A DNA stretch of 63,905 nt, filler included, from Conidiobolus incongruus B7586 (Eukaryota): NCBI GenBank assembly GCA_000697335.1. It is 8 parts of 8 records of this genome, joined end to end, with 100 filler letters (N's around TTAATTAATTAA, not from the genome) between each part and the next. Parts side by side here need not be neighbours in the genome. Positions count along the whole stretch, not along the records: positions 20,642 to 34,529 come from JNEM01006418.1; positions 34,630 to 56,732 come from JNEM01006419.1; 6 more parts are not named here. One strand, 5' to 3'. A program made the translations under genes and the position numbers. Positions 24,834 to 37,257 of the stretch are shown here, piece by piece. The notes beneath the pieces are model-generated. The model was not told where the DNA came from. It worked only from the letters and a program-made list of their open reading frames with translations, and did no database searches. Position 1 is the stretch's first letter, and each line of letters starts with the position of its first letter.

Positions 24834-25778
24834 CTAAAAGCGGAATATACTTTGTAGAATTGATTTACATCTTGCTTTAGACCTAACCAATAGGAATAAA
24901 AATTCATTATTTACCTCTGGTTGAAACGAAACAGTAATTAATGGATTTAGGCAGATGGAACTATTAATCATAGTAAAAACAGTAGCATCTAAAAATGGAG
25001 TCCTTTTGAATCCAATAGCAAATTTCAATATCATAGTGATATAGGATAACATAAAGCACACATTATATAGTACAAACACCATGAAAAGCTGAAATGATAG
25101 TTTAAATTTTTGATTCCTAATCATTTTCAAGCTGACCCTATCTCCATTATTAATTGCTTCCCTTTTCATTATATTCAGTTGCTGATTAACTCTCCATCCA
25201 ACAGCAAAGTAACAATAGGTGGTAGTCCAGCAGGGTATAACAAAACAAAAAGCCAAGACAAACATGATTCGAATCGATGTTGGATCAGATCCAAAAAATG
25301 AGTGGCAGTGAATGAATGATAAAGATGGTTTGGCATCATTGGTTATAGCACCATATAAAAATAAAGTAGTGCATGGAGTACCACCAATTAATAATACGCA
25401 TATCCAAAATCTTAGGCTTCGCTCAAATTTGTGACAAATCATAAGATATCTCAGTAGCGCTAATATCATAACAATGACAATTTCAAACCGGAGGAACCAT
25501 TGCATCACGAAGCCAAATATCTGGCACTGAATACTGTCTCTTGCTAAAAAACCATAGCCATAAATAAATTTGAATATAGTTAGAAGAAGCACCTCACTTC
25601 CCTCACAAATTTCAAAGCAGCATAGCAATAATATTAATTTAATTTCTGTAGGCTTTTTATCACATCTGGTAACAATTAAATATACTAATACTATATTTAA
25701 TCCAATGTTGAATACAGATGAAAATGATAATATAGAGTTAAAAGTGATATGAATGAAATTTAAATCATTAATATCCAT
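24834..25778 (-). CDS. Class A (rhodopsin-like) 7TM GPCR-like protein, copy 1, 314 aa
   Basis: Seven hydrophobic segments, TM1 Asn, TM3 Cys (IQCQ) with ECL2 Cys (FIHC), ALLRY at the DRY position, LNPLIT at the NPxxY position, then a helix-8-like tail. Confidence 0.88.
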   Translation of the reverse strand: MDINDLNFIHITFNSILSFSSVFNIGLNIVLVYLIVTRCDKKPTEIKLILLLCCFEICEGSEVLLLTIFKFIYGYGFLARDSIQCQIFGFVMQWFLRFEIVIVMILALLRYLMICHKFERSLRFWICVLLIGGTPCTTLFLYGAITNDAKPSLSFIHCHSFFGSDPTSIRIMFVLAFCFVIPCWTTTYCYFAVGWRVNQQLNIMKREAINNGDRVSLKMIRNQKFKLSFQLFMVFVLYNVCFMLSYITMILKFAIGFKRTPFLDATVFTMINSSICLNPLITVSFQPEVNNEFLFLLVRSKARCKSILQSIFRF

Positions 25779-26792
25779 TAGTAATAAAAATAAAATATTT
25801 CAACTCAATCTTTTTCTATTAAATACTTATTAAATGTAAGGTATTTATAAGTTTGATTAACTAAATATTTTTATAATATGTTTCATAATAGTTATAATCA
25901 AAACTATTATATTTATTCATTAATATTTAGAATTAAAAATGATATAAAAAGTTTTAAATTTTTTCGTTTAATTTTCTATGAAATGATTGGATTAATTAAA
26001 TGGCAATGAGAAAATAATTTTCATTTTGTACCATTATGTAGTAAAATGTTATATATTCGGATCCTGAGGTTTGTATATTAGAAAAAAATTATAATGATAT
26101 GAAAGATATTTAATTTTGTTACTATTATAGTGATAAATAAATAATATTTTACATTAATAATATAAAAATGGATTATTTTTAATAAACAATATGAATAAAT
26201 TTGACGTTGATATAAATTTGAATTTTCATAAATCTTTTCATACTCAAAAAAAAACTACATTTTAATTTTTAAATTTCAAATTTTAAACAATTTGATAATA
26301 CAATATCTAATAAATAATCTTAATTATAATTTATTAATTTTTTTGTTTTTAGTGCAACAATTGTAAATATATTATCTATTATACATCATTTCTGAATTCA
26401 CAATATTGAATTATATAAAATGTAAAATGAATTCTTAAATTAAGATAATTGAATTGTATATTTATTAGCTATATAGTACTATTTTAATATAAATAAATAT
26501 CATAATTACATCAAAGAGAATTATAAAAGTATTTTTTATATAGTTATCAGCTTAATTTTCCTCTATTATATTATTAAAGTCATAAATAGATATTGAATTT
26601 CGTAACTTTGAATTACTTCAACTTAGATATTATCTAAAATATATACAAATAATTTTCAGTTTTAAATTGTAAAAAGAAAATATTTAAAATATTCTTCAAC
26701 GTCAGACTATTTTTTGGTTTCATTGATTAATAATTATATTTAAAATGATGTTTAATAGTAACATCTATCATTATATAGTTTGTAAAAGTAGA

Positions 26793-27317
26793 TGTAACTG
26801 TCAAGGTTGTCGACTGGTCAACCCATCGAATCACCACATGATAATGAGAACCATCTGTCAAAACAAATGGATGCGAACCATTGCGAACCTTGCTCTCCTG
26901 GAGACTCATTTTGTGCGACTCAAGAATACGATTGCGGCTGTGGGCTTAGAGAACCTAATAAAAGGGTATAAGCCATCGCAAATGCAAGTAAGAGAGTTTC
27001 ATGGTAGAATCAACATAATGTTAGGTCCTCCAGCCGCCACACTACCTTAATATCTCATTAAATCCATCATTAAAGTTTAACTACTTGAATTGATTTATCA
27101 TTTTTATTTCCATTACTTGGCCGAAATGAACTCAGGCCAGTTAATCACTCTCTACCCTCTCACAGTGGCATATATACCAAATTTACGCACCATACTCGTC
27201 ACTCAGCTAGTCATGTATGCGCCTCAGTTAGTCCGTCTTGTTCTGGACGTACTAGGCGCTCCTGCAATCGGCGACCTGACCATCTTGACCCTGGCCAGCA
27301 TTGCCGAGCGAGTGACA
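26793..27317 (+). mobile_element. Solo LTR-like element (family E), 525 bp
   Basis: GC- and CpG-rich island with termini TGTAAC...GTGACA. Flanks GTAGA and ATAAA differ only by two G/A changes, so they may be a decayed 5-bp duplication. Orientation uncertain. Confidence 0.6.
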
Positions 27318-28985
27318 ATAAAGATATTATTCAAAACATTATTTAATTTCGATAAACAATTATTCTCAATGACCACATGATATGCAATTCTTTTAGTATA
27401 CTATAAAAGAATATAGTGGAATGTAAAAAATATTAAAATAAAATCAACAATTTCCTAAATATATGTTACCAAAAGAAACAACTTAAATAACAATTTAGAA
27501 AAAAAATATAATTAAAAAAATCCAGTAATATTGGAAATATAACTAGATCCAAATTTTGGCCACGTTTTTCGAGTTTGAATAATTCTAATAATCATAAAAA
27601 ATATCTATAAAAATTTAGATTTTAATATCAGTTTTGAGATATCTCTTCCACTCTAACAATTAATATATATTTTAGTTAATACATTTGGATTTCAATATTG
27701 TTCAGGTCACTAATTAATATAATAAATTCTAATACATAGTTTTATCAGTTAAATAATGGGGATTTTTTAATACATTAAAATCCTCATTATACTTAACATT
27801 ATTTTAAAATAATTTAAAAAAAATCTTAATAACCAAATTTCAAAACTTCAATATGAGAATCTTTCAGAATATTCAAAATCAGTAAGGCAACAAAATCAAT
27901 AAGCATATATAACCATAAATTATCTGAAATTTTTCATATTTAATATTCGATAAAATTATTTATGTATTTTATGATATCATAAACACATCATTATAATAAT
28001 TTATTATTATATAAAAATAAATCATTGAAAATTTTCATAAGATAGAGATAAACAAAATTTACCAAAATCGAGTGTACTCAATGTGTAAATTAGAAAATAT
28101 ATTTTAATAAATTTTAAATTACGAATTTTTTAACTCACATTATGAAATTGATTAATTTTAATTTGAGAAAACGAAAATTGAAATGTTAATTTAAATTAAT
28201 ACATTTATATAATTGATTTTATACTTATTCAGTTAATTGTTTTGAAGAATTTATGTGAATTTTATTGAGCGTTGGGTTTAAATATTTTAAATTATAACTA
28301 GGATAATAGATATTAAAAATATTATAGTCCAATTATTCAAATTAAATTGCATTTCAGGTATTATTATTTTTCAACTTTTTCTTAATATTTTTTATCACTA
28401 TTTTCAAGTTAGTATATTGTGAAATTTTAAAATTGGAGTTTATGAAAATGATTAGAATAATATTTAATACTCAACTATATGCAAAAGTCTTTGAACATTA
28501 GAATATGTATAGTAAAATTAAGATGCCATTATTTGAAATATAATTATAATATTTAATTCAACAAATCATCAAATTTTAATGGATTTTTTTTTCAATTCAT
28601 TTGTATTAATTATGGGTAAATAAGTATACTCTTTGAGTTTTGAGATAATTTAATTTTAATATAAGAGTAATTATATAATATTATTTATAAGGTGATATGG
28701 TAAGTTAATATAGACAATTGATTATATACAATATATAGAATTAATTTTAATATCTATGGAACTTGTTAATTATAAAAATAATTATATCAGCACCAGTGTT
28801 GAATGACTCGATATATAATGAATATAATAACTTAGTGAAATATATTATTTTTGATTATATAGACTATCCTTAAGAGTTTGGATATAATAGTTATTATAAA
28901 ATAAAAAAAATTGAAAAATTGGTTATCCTTGAAAATGCAAGTACTATAATATAATAGATGTAATAATAAGAAAATATGTAAATAT

Positions 28986-29939
28986 TTATTGATTTGAAAA
29001 TGTGAATAAATTCTTAAATATTGATTTACATTTGGCTTTCGACCTAACCAGTAAGAAAACAAATTCATTATTTACTTCCGGCTGGAATGAAACTGTAATC
29101 AATGGATTTAGGCAAATTGATGAATTCACCATACAGAATATTAAAGCATCTAAAAATGGTGTTCTTTTAAACCCAATAGCAAATTTAAGTATAAAAGTAA
29201 TATATGAGAACATAAAGCTACCGTTGTATAATATGAAGACCACCGTTAACTGAACAACGAGTTTAATTTTTTGATTTCTAATCATTTTCAAACTAACAGT
29301 ATCACCATTGATAATAGCTTCCTGTTTCATAATATTGAGCTGCTTATTCGCCTTCCAGCCAATTGCAAAATAACAAAAGGTAGTCGTCCAGCATGGGATC
29401 AGAAAGCAAAAAGCGATCATAAACATTATTCGAACAGAACCAGGATCTGAGCCAAAAAACGCATGACATTGAATATACGAAGGTGAAGGCCTTCCATCGT
29501 TAATTATTGCACCATATAAAAAGAACGATGTTGTCGGAGTTAATCCCAAAAATATAATCATCACCCAAAATTTAAGACTTTTTTCAATTTTATACCATAC
29601 CATAACAAATCTAATAATAGAGAGTACGGTAACCATTAGGATTTCAATCCTGAGAAACATTTGCATAATGAAGCCATAAACCTGACATTGAATAGTTTCT
29701 TTATCCAAGAAATGATACCCAAAAATAAATTTTAGAATTGTTAATATTAGAATTTCACTTCCTTCTATTATTTCTATACTACAAAGAATCATAATTAAAA
29801 ATATTTCAGTAGATTTTAAATCACATCTGGTTCTTATTAAATAAACTAATAATATATTTAATCCAATATTGAAAACTGAGCAGATAGCTAATACTGAATT
29901 AAAAGTTATATTAATAAAATCTAAATCATTTATATCCAT
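28986..29939 (-). CDS. Class A-like 7TM GPCR-like protein, copy 2, 317 aa
   Basis: Close paralog of copy 1 (MDINDL.FI.ITFNS, GFKRTPFLDA, SSICLNPLITVSFQPEVNNEF). IRF at the DRY position. Confidence 0.88.
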   Translation of the reverse strand: MDINDLDFINITFNSVLAICSVFNIGLNILLVYLIRTRCDLKSTEIFLIMILCSIEIIEGSEILILTILKFIFGYHFLDKETIQCQVYGFIMQMFLRIEILMVTVLSIIRFVMVWYKIEKSLKFWVMIIFLGLTPTTSFFLYGAIINDGRPSPSYIQCHAFFGSDPGSVRIMFMIAFCFLIPCWTTTFCYFAIGWKANKQLNIMKQEAIINGDTVSLKMIRNQKIKLVVQLTVVFILYNGSFMFSYITFILKFAIGFKRTPFLDALIFCMVNSSICLNPLITVSFQPEVNNEFVFLLVRSKAKCKSIFKNLFTFSNQ

Positions 29940-31359
29940 AATATATTATTAAATAAATTTCCAATTATATTTTCTTTGATTAATGAGAATTATCAACTTT
30001 GAATTAGTTGTCATTGAATCTTTATATAAATACTATTTCAAAGAGTAAACTCATTAATTAGTTTTAAAAGGTTCTATTAATTGTACTAATAATGGAAATA
30101 TATAATAATGTTTAAACAGTATTTATGTTTTTATTAGTAAATTATTAGATCAATTTGATTGGTTTTAATCTGTGGCTAATGATTGACTTGTACCAAAATT
30201 ATTTCTCAAATTTTTGATGATAAAGATTAAAAAATAAGATTGTAAAATTTTATGGTTCTCAATATATAATTATTTAATTATTTTATAAAACTTATTAATT
30301 TTATTCTAATGTTTGTTTTTTTACTAATACTTATTATTTTAAATTAAATGGAATTTTATATGGTCAGTTTAATGATAAAACTGACGATTCAACAAGATTA
30401 ATGATATTATTAAATACATATTTGTGTGTTTGTAATAAAGTGGATTGATGAAAAATACCAAAGGTATATAATTTCAATCAATTTAAATATAAACTTGATC
30501 TGTATATTTTCAATATCGATGATTAGCAATTTTTTCATTATGAAAAATTATTTTTATTGATAAGTTTTTATAATCAAAATAGCCAAATACTATAATTTCA
30601 ATATCTATACTTGATGAATTATAATTTTCAAAAATATTATGATGATTATTTCATCGTTTTTATATTCTTCACCAAGTAATTTTTGCTTATAAAAAATTTG
30701 GTAAAATTTTAATTTTGAAAAGATTATATTTAAACTCTAAGGAATAACTTCAAATTAACTATAATTATTAATATAACAATCATGTCTTTTTATTATCTGT
30801 CATATAAATATTAACAAATAATATTCATTAAAAGTTTTAAGTAAAAATATTTGAATTCAAAGTAGTTATAAATTTATTATCTTATATCGTTTCTGAAAAT
30901 TATTAAATTAAGTGTATATTAGGAGGTCAAGTACAAATTCCTAATAATTTTAAATGACTAATAAGTCAGATAAATCTATTAATTCGAAATTCTTACTAAT
31001 ATTTATTGATCTTTAATCCTCTTGAAATTATATACTGTATTGAAGGATCACTCGATTCTTTGTGTGCATTTTTATTATCAAGTTACTTGTATTTATTCAA
31101 TGAATTAATAGGTTGGATTAAGAAGGAAAATCAGCTGTTATTCAAGTAATAAACTTGCCACAGCTATACTGATAAATATAAAATAACAAATATAAACATT
31201 ATAGCTTTGACAAATAAATGAATCACAATAAATTTTTGAAATTTAAAATTTATAAATTGTTATTGAGTTTAAAAATTGAACATTATTATAAAATAAATTA
31301 TCAGGTTATTAATTTGATTCAATGTATTAAATATTTAAAAATAATTTATAACTTAGTAT

Positions 31360-32260
31360 ATAAATATATTTCGAATAATTTTTTCACAACTTGCTTCCAG
31401 TGTTGCCAAACAGAATAAAAACTGGTTATTTAATTCTGGATAAAGCGACGAACTGATTAAAGGATTTGAACAAATTTAACAATTAATCATTAATAGAACA
31501 AGACCATCTACAAATGGAGTCTTTTTGAATCTGATAGCAAGTTTTAATAACAAACCATTATAGAATAATATGAAAAGAAGGTTGTATATAAATAATACTA
31601 TCGGCAATTAAATAATTGATTTAATGTATTGATTGATAATAATTTGAAAAAGTTGAGTATCAGTTATATTGAGCCTCCTTGTTCATTGAACATAATTGCT
31701 CATTCACATACCATCCCACCAAAAAATAACAATAAATTGGAATTCAATAAGGGAGAAACTATCTTGCAGAAGTGGGAAAAATCATTTTGGCGGAGAACGA
31801 ACCTGATCAGAGAAATTGAATTCACTGAATATTTGATGTTGTGAATTTATAATCTTTTATTATCATCCTATATCCAAATGGTATTGATAATGGAATTGGC
31901 ATTGTAGTCATCATTTACAGGCAAACTTCAATCATCATCCACAACTGTCAACTATTATAAATATCTTAATGCCAGCAAGATTGTAACTATATACTTCTCA
32001 CTTAAAGAAGATCTAGATGAAGAAACCAAGAATTTTTCAACTGATAGGTTCAGATATAAATTTATAATCATTAACTAGTTCTAAAATTACTATTACATAA
32101 TATGACTACTCTCCACCAGTTCAAAGAAGCAAAGGTCCTATATCAATATTGATTTCATTGTTTGTACATCATTTGACAATTAAATAAATCAAAATTTATT
32201 TAACATTGAATATAGATATACACATCAATATAGAAATCTTATGTAGACAACATTAATATC
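31360..32260 (-). pseudogene. Decayed GPCR-like paralog
   Basis: DNA collinear with intact copies: CAAATGGAGTCTTTTTGAATCTGATAGCAAGTTT corresponds to LAI.FKKTPF, and GATTAAAGGATT to NPLI. No open frame. Ends approximate. Confidence 0.75.
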
Positions 32261-33231
32261 TAAAAATTCAATAAATATTGAATTTTTAAATTAACTCAAA
32301 TCGTAGAACGAATAAGAGTTTTAATAGACATTATATTCTTCAATACTATAAGACCCGAGCTGATAGTGGGATTTTAAATAAAAATCCAAAATGAAGTTGA
32401 TTGCTTGATACTGCAGTATATCAATTTCAAATTTGGATCAAATCAAATAATTAAATAAATTTTTTACTACCAATTATAATTGAAACAATAATAAAATTAT
32501 CAAATAGCTTAAATAAATTTCCTTAACAAATATTCTTAATTTGGATATTTTTAAATTAAAAAATGAATTAGACTGATTTGATTGATAACATAATATAGCT
32601 CTTGAATATTTTTCTAAATCCACCAGAATAATGTTATTTAAGAATTTTGTAACTTATTATGTAATGGCAGTTAATAAAGGAATGTCAATTCAAGTGATGT
32701 TAATTGTTTATATTTTTATATTTGTTACTAATTTCAAAATGATTGAATATGATTATCAAGGTTAAATATATGTATATTATTATATATTCAAACTTTTATA
32801 TCAAGATAATTTTTGAACTTTAAATTTATTAAGATTTATTATCCACTATATTAAATTAGTTTAATATTCTCAAATAATTATATTTGCAAATATTTTTTAC
32901 TGATATTTATTAAAATTCCTTAATCGGCGAATGTAATTACTATTAAATAATTGATGTTTATTTTAAAGGATTGAACTCATCCTGGGTAATTATATTTCAA
33001 AATAGTATCCAACTTGAAGAGAATGATATTTCTATTTTTAATTCTTTATTCAATTTCTTCGACCTTGTATTTTCGAATTTATGATTTTTGGAAATTAGTT
33101 AATTTGTTCTAACTTTAAATATTGAAATATAAGCATATATTTAATACCAAATATTTATTTTGATTAAATTACATTTTTTAGAATTAAATTATGATATTAT
33201 TTATGATAAAAAATTGATAATGTCATAATAA

Positions 33232-33661
33232 TGATGGGTAATAATCTTGTGAATCACTCAAGAATTTTCGATTACCACACTGAATCGAGAAGTTACATTG
33301 GAGAACACCCATTTCCTGAACTGAGTGATTGTGTTTCTTTATGTCACTGAGTCATTCCTATCCATAAAAATCAGCAATGAAAACTAATATAAGATTATCA
33401 CAAACGAACTAATAAACACATCTTTTTTATCTTGAAATCAAAAATATCCAGTTTCTACGTTTTTTTAGTAACTCACAAAAGTATTGAGTCATGACGAGTG
33501 GGATATATTTACTTGAAGAACACGATTTACAGTAAGCCATTTTTACCTTATTTGGTGAATCACATTAATCTCCCTTAACTCTTTGGTAACCTATCGTTTA
33601 CTACTGGTGATTCTCTGTTTAAGCTCTAAAATTCTATTTCCTCCCACAATTACAATAGTTA
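33232..33661 (+). mobile_element. Solo LTR (family B), second copy
   Basis: Collinear with 9228-9665 (ATCACTCAAGAA, ACATTGGA, GTATTGAGT..TGACGAG, GTTTAAGCTCTAAAA, TTCCTCCCAC). Confidence 0.7.
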
Positions 33662-34529
33662 ATTTATTTATGATCATCATTATTAAAAATAATATCATTA
33701 TAACTCATACCAATTGATAAATAATATATTTCAATATCCAAATCTAGACAGTATTTTGAAAATTATTATAATCAATCATAATATTTAAATCCATCAGAGA
33801 TGAAACATTATTACTTTTATTATAAAAAAACTGATAATTGATAATTAAAAATTAAAGGAGATATTTAGTTATCAATATGTTTGATATAATTATATTTAAT
33901 ATGATTATATTTAACTGTTTATTATATTTAAAGAATATAATAGGTATAATAAATTATTTAAATACTTTATAAAAATCATTAGTTATATTTCAATAATTTT
34001 TTTAAATTTAATCTATTATTAATTTAATTAAATAATAATTAGTTTTTATTTTATTAATAATACTCAAAATTAATATAATTATATTAATACCAGTGGTTAA
34101 ATTGAAATTTTTTGCTTATATTATAAATTATATATCAGAATATTCATAATCTTCCATTAAATAAAATACACCATTATTATATTTATTTTGATATTTATTA
34201 ATATAATAATCTAAGTCTTATTATTTAATATTAAAGTTTATTTAATATAAAATTTTTTCTTAAATTTATCAGAAATTAATCAAAAATTAATCAAAAATTA
34301 ATCAAGATTATTTTAATAATAAAATAAAAATATGTTTTATATATTTATACTTACTAATAGTAATATTAATAATTATGATCTTGAATAAAAAATTTAATAG
34401 AATTATAAATTTTATAGAATTTAACTTTAAAAAATTTTGATTTATTTTATATAATATTGAACCTATTATATATCTTTAATATTTTTTAATTATATAATAT
34501 ATTCAAATTTATAATTTATTTAATATTAT

Positions 34530-34629
34530 NNNNNNNNNNNNNNNNNNNNNNNNNNNNNNNNNNNNNNNNNNNNTTAATTAATTAANNNNNNNNNNNNNNN
34601 NNNNNNNNNNNNNNNNNNNNNNNNNNNNN
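34530..34629. other. Artificial contig linker
   Basis: N44-TTAATTAATTAA-N44. Confidence 0.97.
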
Positions 34630-37257
34630 TAATAAAATATTAATATAATATAAATATAAACAAAGTTTAATTAAGCTTTGTAAATAAATAAATCAATATC
34701 AATATATTAGGAGTTATATATCATAATATTTATATATTTAAATTAATAAAATATATTTTTAGATTTAAAAATAATAAAAAATTTAAGACAAAATAGATAA
34801 ATGTAAAAAAAGAATTTATTTAATAAATAATATAATATTATCTTTATAATTAATTAAACTTAAAAAATATATAATTTATTAATTTATAATTAAATTTATT
34901 ATATAAAACTATAGATAAAAGCTGAAAAAATAGATCTTTTAATATAATTTTACTAAAGTTTTAAAAAATTAAAGTTTTTATTATTAATTATAATAAATTA
35001 AATACACTGACCTGCAAAAGTGAGTCATAAAATCAAAAATATATATATTTTAATTAATAACTAAAACAATTGTATATATTAGATTACTTGAAACTATAAT
35101 ATATAATTAAGGTATATTATTTAATAATAGATAAATATATTTAGATATATTTAGTAAACTATTAGCAAAAATATTAACCCTTAATATTTAACCAAGGTGA
35201 GTCATAAATTTGCAAGTTTTTGAGATAAGGGGATATATTTAACAATATATAACCATATCTTTTTTCTCTCTTTGCTATTATTTTATATAATATTTTACAG
35301 ATATACTAAATTCTTTTTATTAGTATCATTATACCTAAATCCCTCTCTAAAAAAATCCACTTGTGTATTAATTAACTTTGTAAAGAAGGTAAATCAACTC
35401 ATGATATTGCTAGAATTATTAGTGTTAGCTAGTCTACTATAGCTAGGGCTGTTAAGAATAACAATAAAGAAACATTTAAACTTAAACTTAGGTGTGCTAG
35501 GATCATAGATAAACATGATGAGAAGTATATCTGTAGGTTGGTTAATACAAGCAAGTGTGGTACTGCTGTAGAAATACAGCAGGAACTATAAAACTATATA
35601 GGAATATTGGTTAGCACTAATACTATTATATGTGCTTTACATTAGCATGGATACTACTCACACTTTAAGAAAAAACACCCCCAACTAAAGAAATCCCACT
35701 GTAAAGCTAGGCAAGAGTTTGAATGTTGCTACTAATGTTGAACTAAAACTAATTAGAGTAAGGTTATTTAGTCTAATGAAACAAAAATATACTTTAGTGG
35801 ATCTGATAAAAAAGCTAGATGCTTCAGAAAAGATGTAGAACTACTTTGTGACTATTATGTTAATTCTACCCAAAAGTATAGTGGTGGGTCAATTATTGTT
35901 TGGGGATATATGTTGTCTTCAAGTGTAGGGTATCTTTGTAAAGTTAATAGGAGAATTAATGCTGAGATGTACTAAAGTATTCTGAACAATGAATTGAAAA
36001 AAACCATTGAATAGTATGGGTTAAACAAATCTGATGTTATTTTCCAGCAAGATAATACCTCTTGCTATACTACAGCTTTTACTACCAAATAGCTTAAAAA
36101 TAACAAGATAACAGTTATGAAGTAGCTTCCTCAATCTCCTAACCTTAATCTAATTAAACACCTTTAGGATCAGTTAAAATAAGCTATTAAAGCTTCCCCC
36201 CAGTAAAAAATTTAGATCAACTTTGGGAATATATTCAAGAAGCATAGAACAAGATTAACCCTTCCTAGTGTAAGAAGTTAGTTGATTCTATACCCCATAA
36301 ACTTAAAGAAGTTAGAAAAGCTAAAAGTAGATACACTAGGTTTTAATTTTTTTTTATCACCAAAAACCTGCAAATTTATGACTCACCTTAGGTAAAATTT
36401 AAAGGTTTATATTTTAGCTAATTAATAGCTAAATATCATCATTTAATGATATATATAACTAATAAATATAATAGATTTTAATTATTTATTTTAGGTTTAT
36501 TTCATTAAATATTAATCAAGTTATTAGTAAAAATATAGGTGTTTTTGATTTTATGACTCACTTTTGCAAGTCAGTGTATATCTACAAATTAAATTTTTAT
36601 AATAAATTACTAAAATAAGTGTATTTTAAGTTTCTTTGTATATATTTTATTAAAAAATAAATTAAATAACTAAATTTACCTAAATTAATTCCTTTTAAAA
36701 ATTAATCTAAAAAAATATTAAATATAAATAAATATTAATTATTAAAATATATTATAATAATATATAGTATTTTATAATTAGTTTTTAAGAAAAATCAGTT
36801 AATAATAAACTTTGTTTTATTTTTATAAATAAAAATATTATTAATTAGTATTTTTAAAAAAATATAAAACACCTATTTTTAGTATAATAATTAAAAAAAA
36901 TATCTAAAATTAAAACTATAAAAAATTTTCTAACAAAGATAATAAAAAAATTATAAAATATATTATATTCCCTAAATTATAACCTATGTAATTATAGCTG
37001 TTTTAAGAAATTAAATAACTAGATTAATGGGAAAAAATTTCTATAGAAAAATTTAATTAATTTGTGAAATATCAAATTTTAGTTCTTATAAAAATAAACT
37101 ATTTTTTAAGGGTTAGAAGTTTAATGAAAGTATGGTAAAGAGTTATTAGTTATAGAGGAGAGTATTAATAATATATTAAATACTAGTTTTTTATATTGTA
37201 TATTAAAATGTTTATTTCCTTTAATTACAAAAAATTCTTATTATTTAAATTACAGAG
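34630..37257 (+). mobile_element. Mariner relic interrupted by the Tc1 element at 35005-36576
   Basis: 36965-37170 translates to YSLNYNLCNYSCFKKLNN*INGKKF...GVRSLMKVW*RVISYRGEY*, and the end TACAGAG mirrors CTCTGTA at 57141. The part left of the Tc1 aligns only weakly. Confidence 0.6.
35005..36576 (+). mobile_element. Full-length Tc1-family DNA transposon (DD34E), 1572 bp, IR/DR ends. Transposase pseudogene ~35331-36346.
   Basis: TA-CACTGAC..GCAAAAGTGAGTCATAAAATCAAAAA and its inverted copy ending CAGTG-TA. Decayed motifs *SKVI*SNETK, GGSIIVWG, FQQDN, *LPQSPNLNLIKHL*, with 34 residues between the second D and the E position. Confidence 0.95.

Noticed and set aside
26727..27380. ORFs 26745-27050, 27090-27380 and 26727-26909
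   Set aside because: They overlap a GC-rich solo-LTR-like island and have no recognisable domains. Likely chance ORFs.
35331..36346. Stop-codon reassignment (TAA/TAG read as Gln or Trp) as the explanation for in-frame stops in the transposase
   Set aside because: Host genes end in TAA/TAG and have no internal stops. Stop positions differ between copies and come with matching missense transitions.
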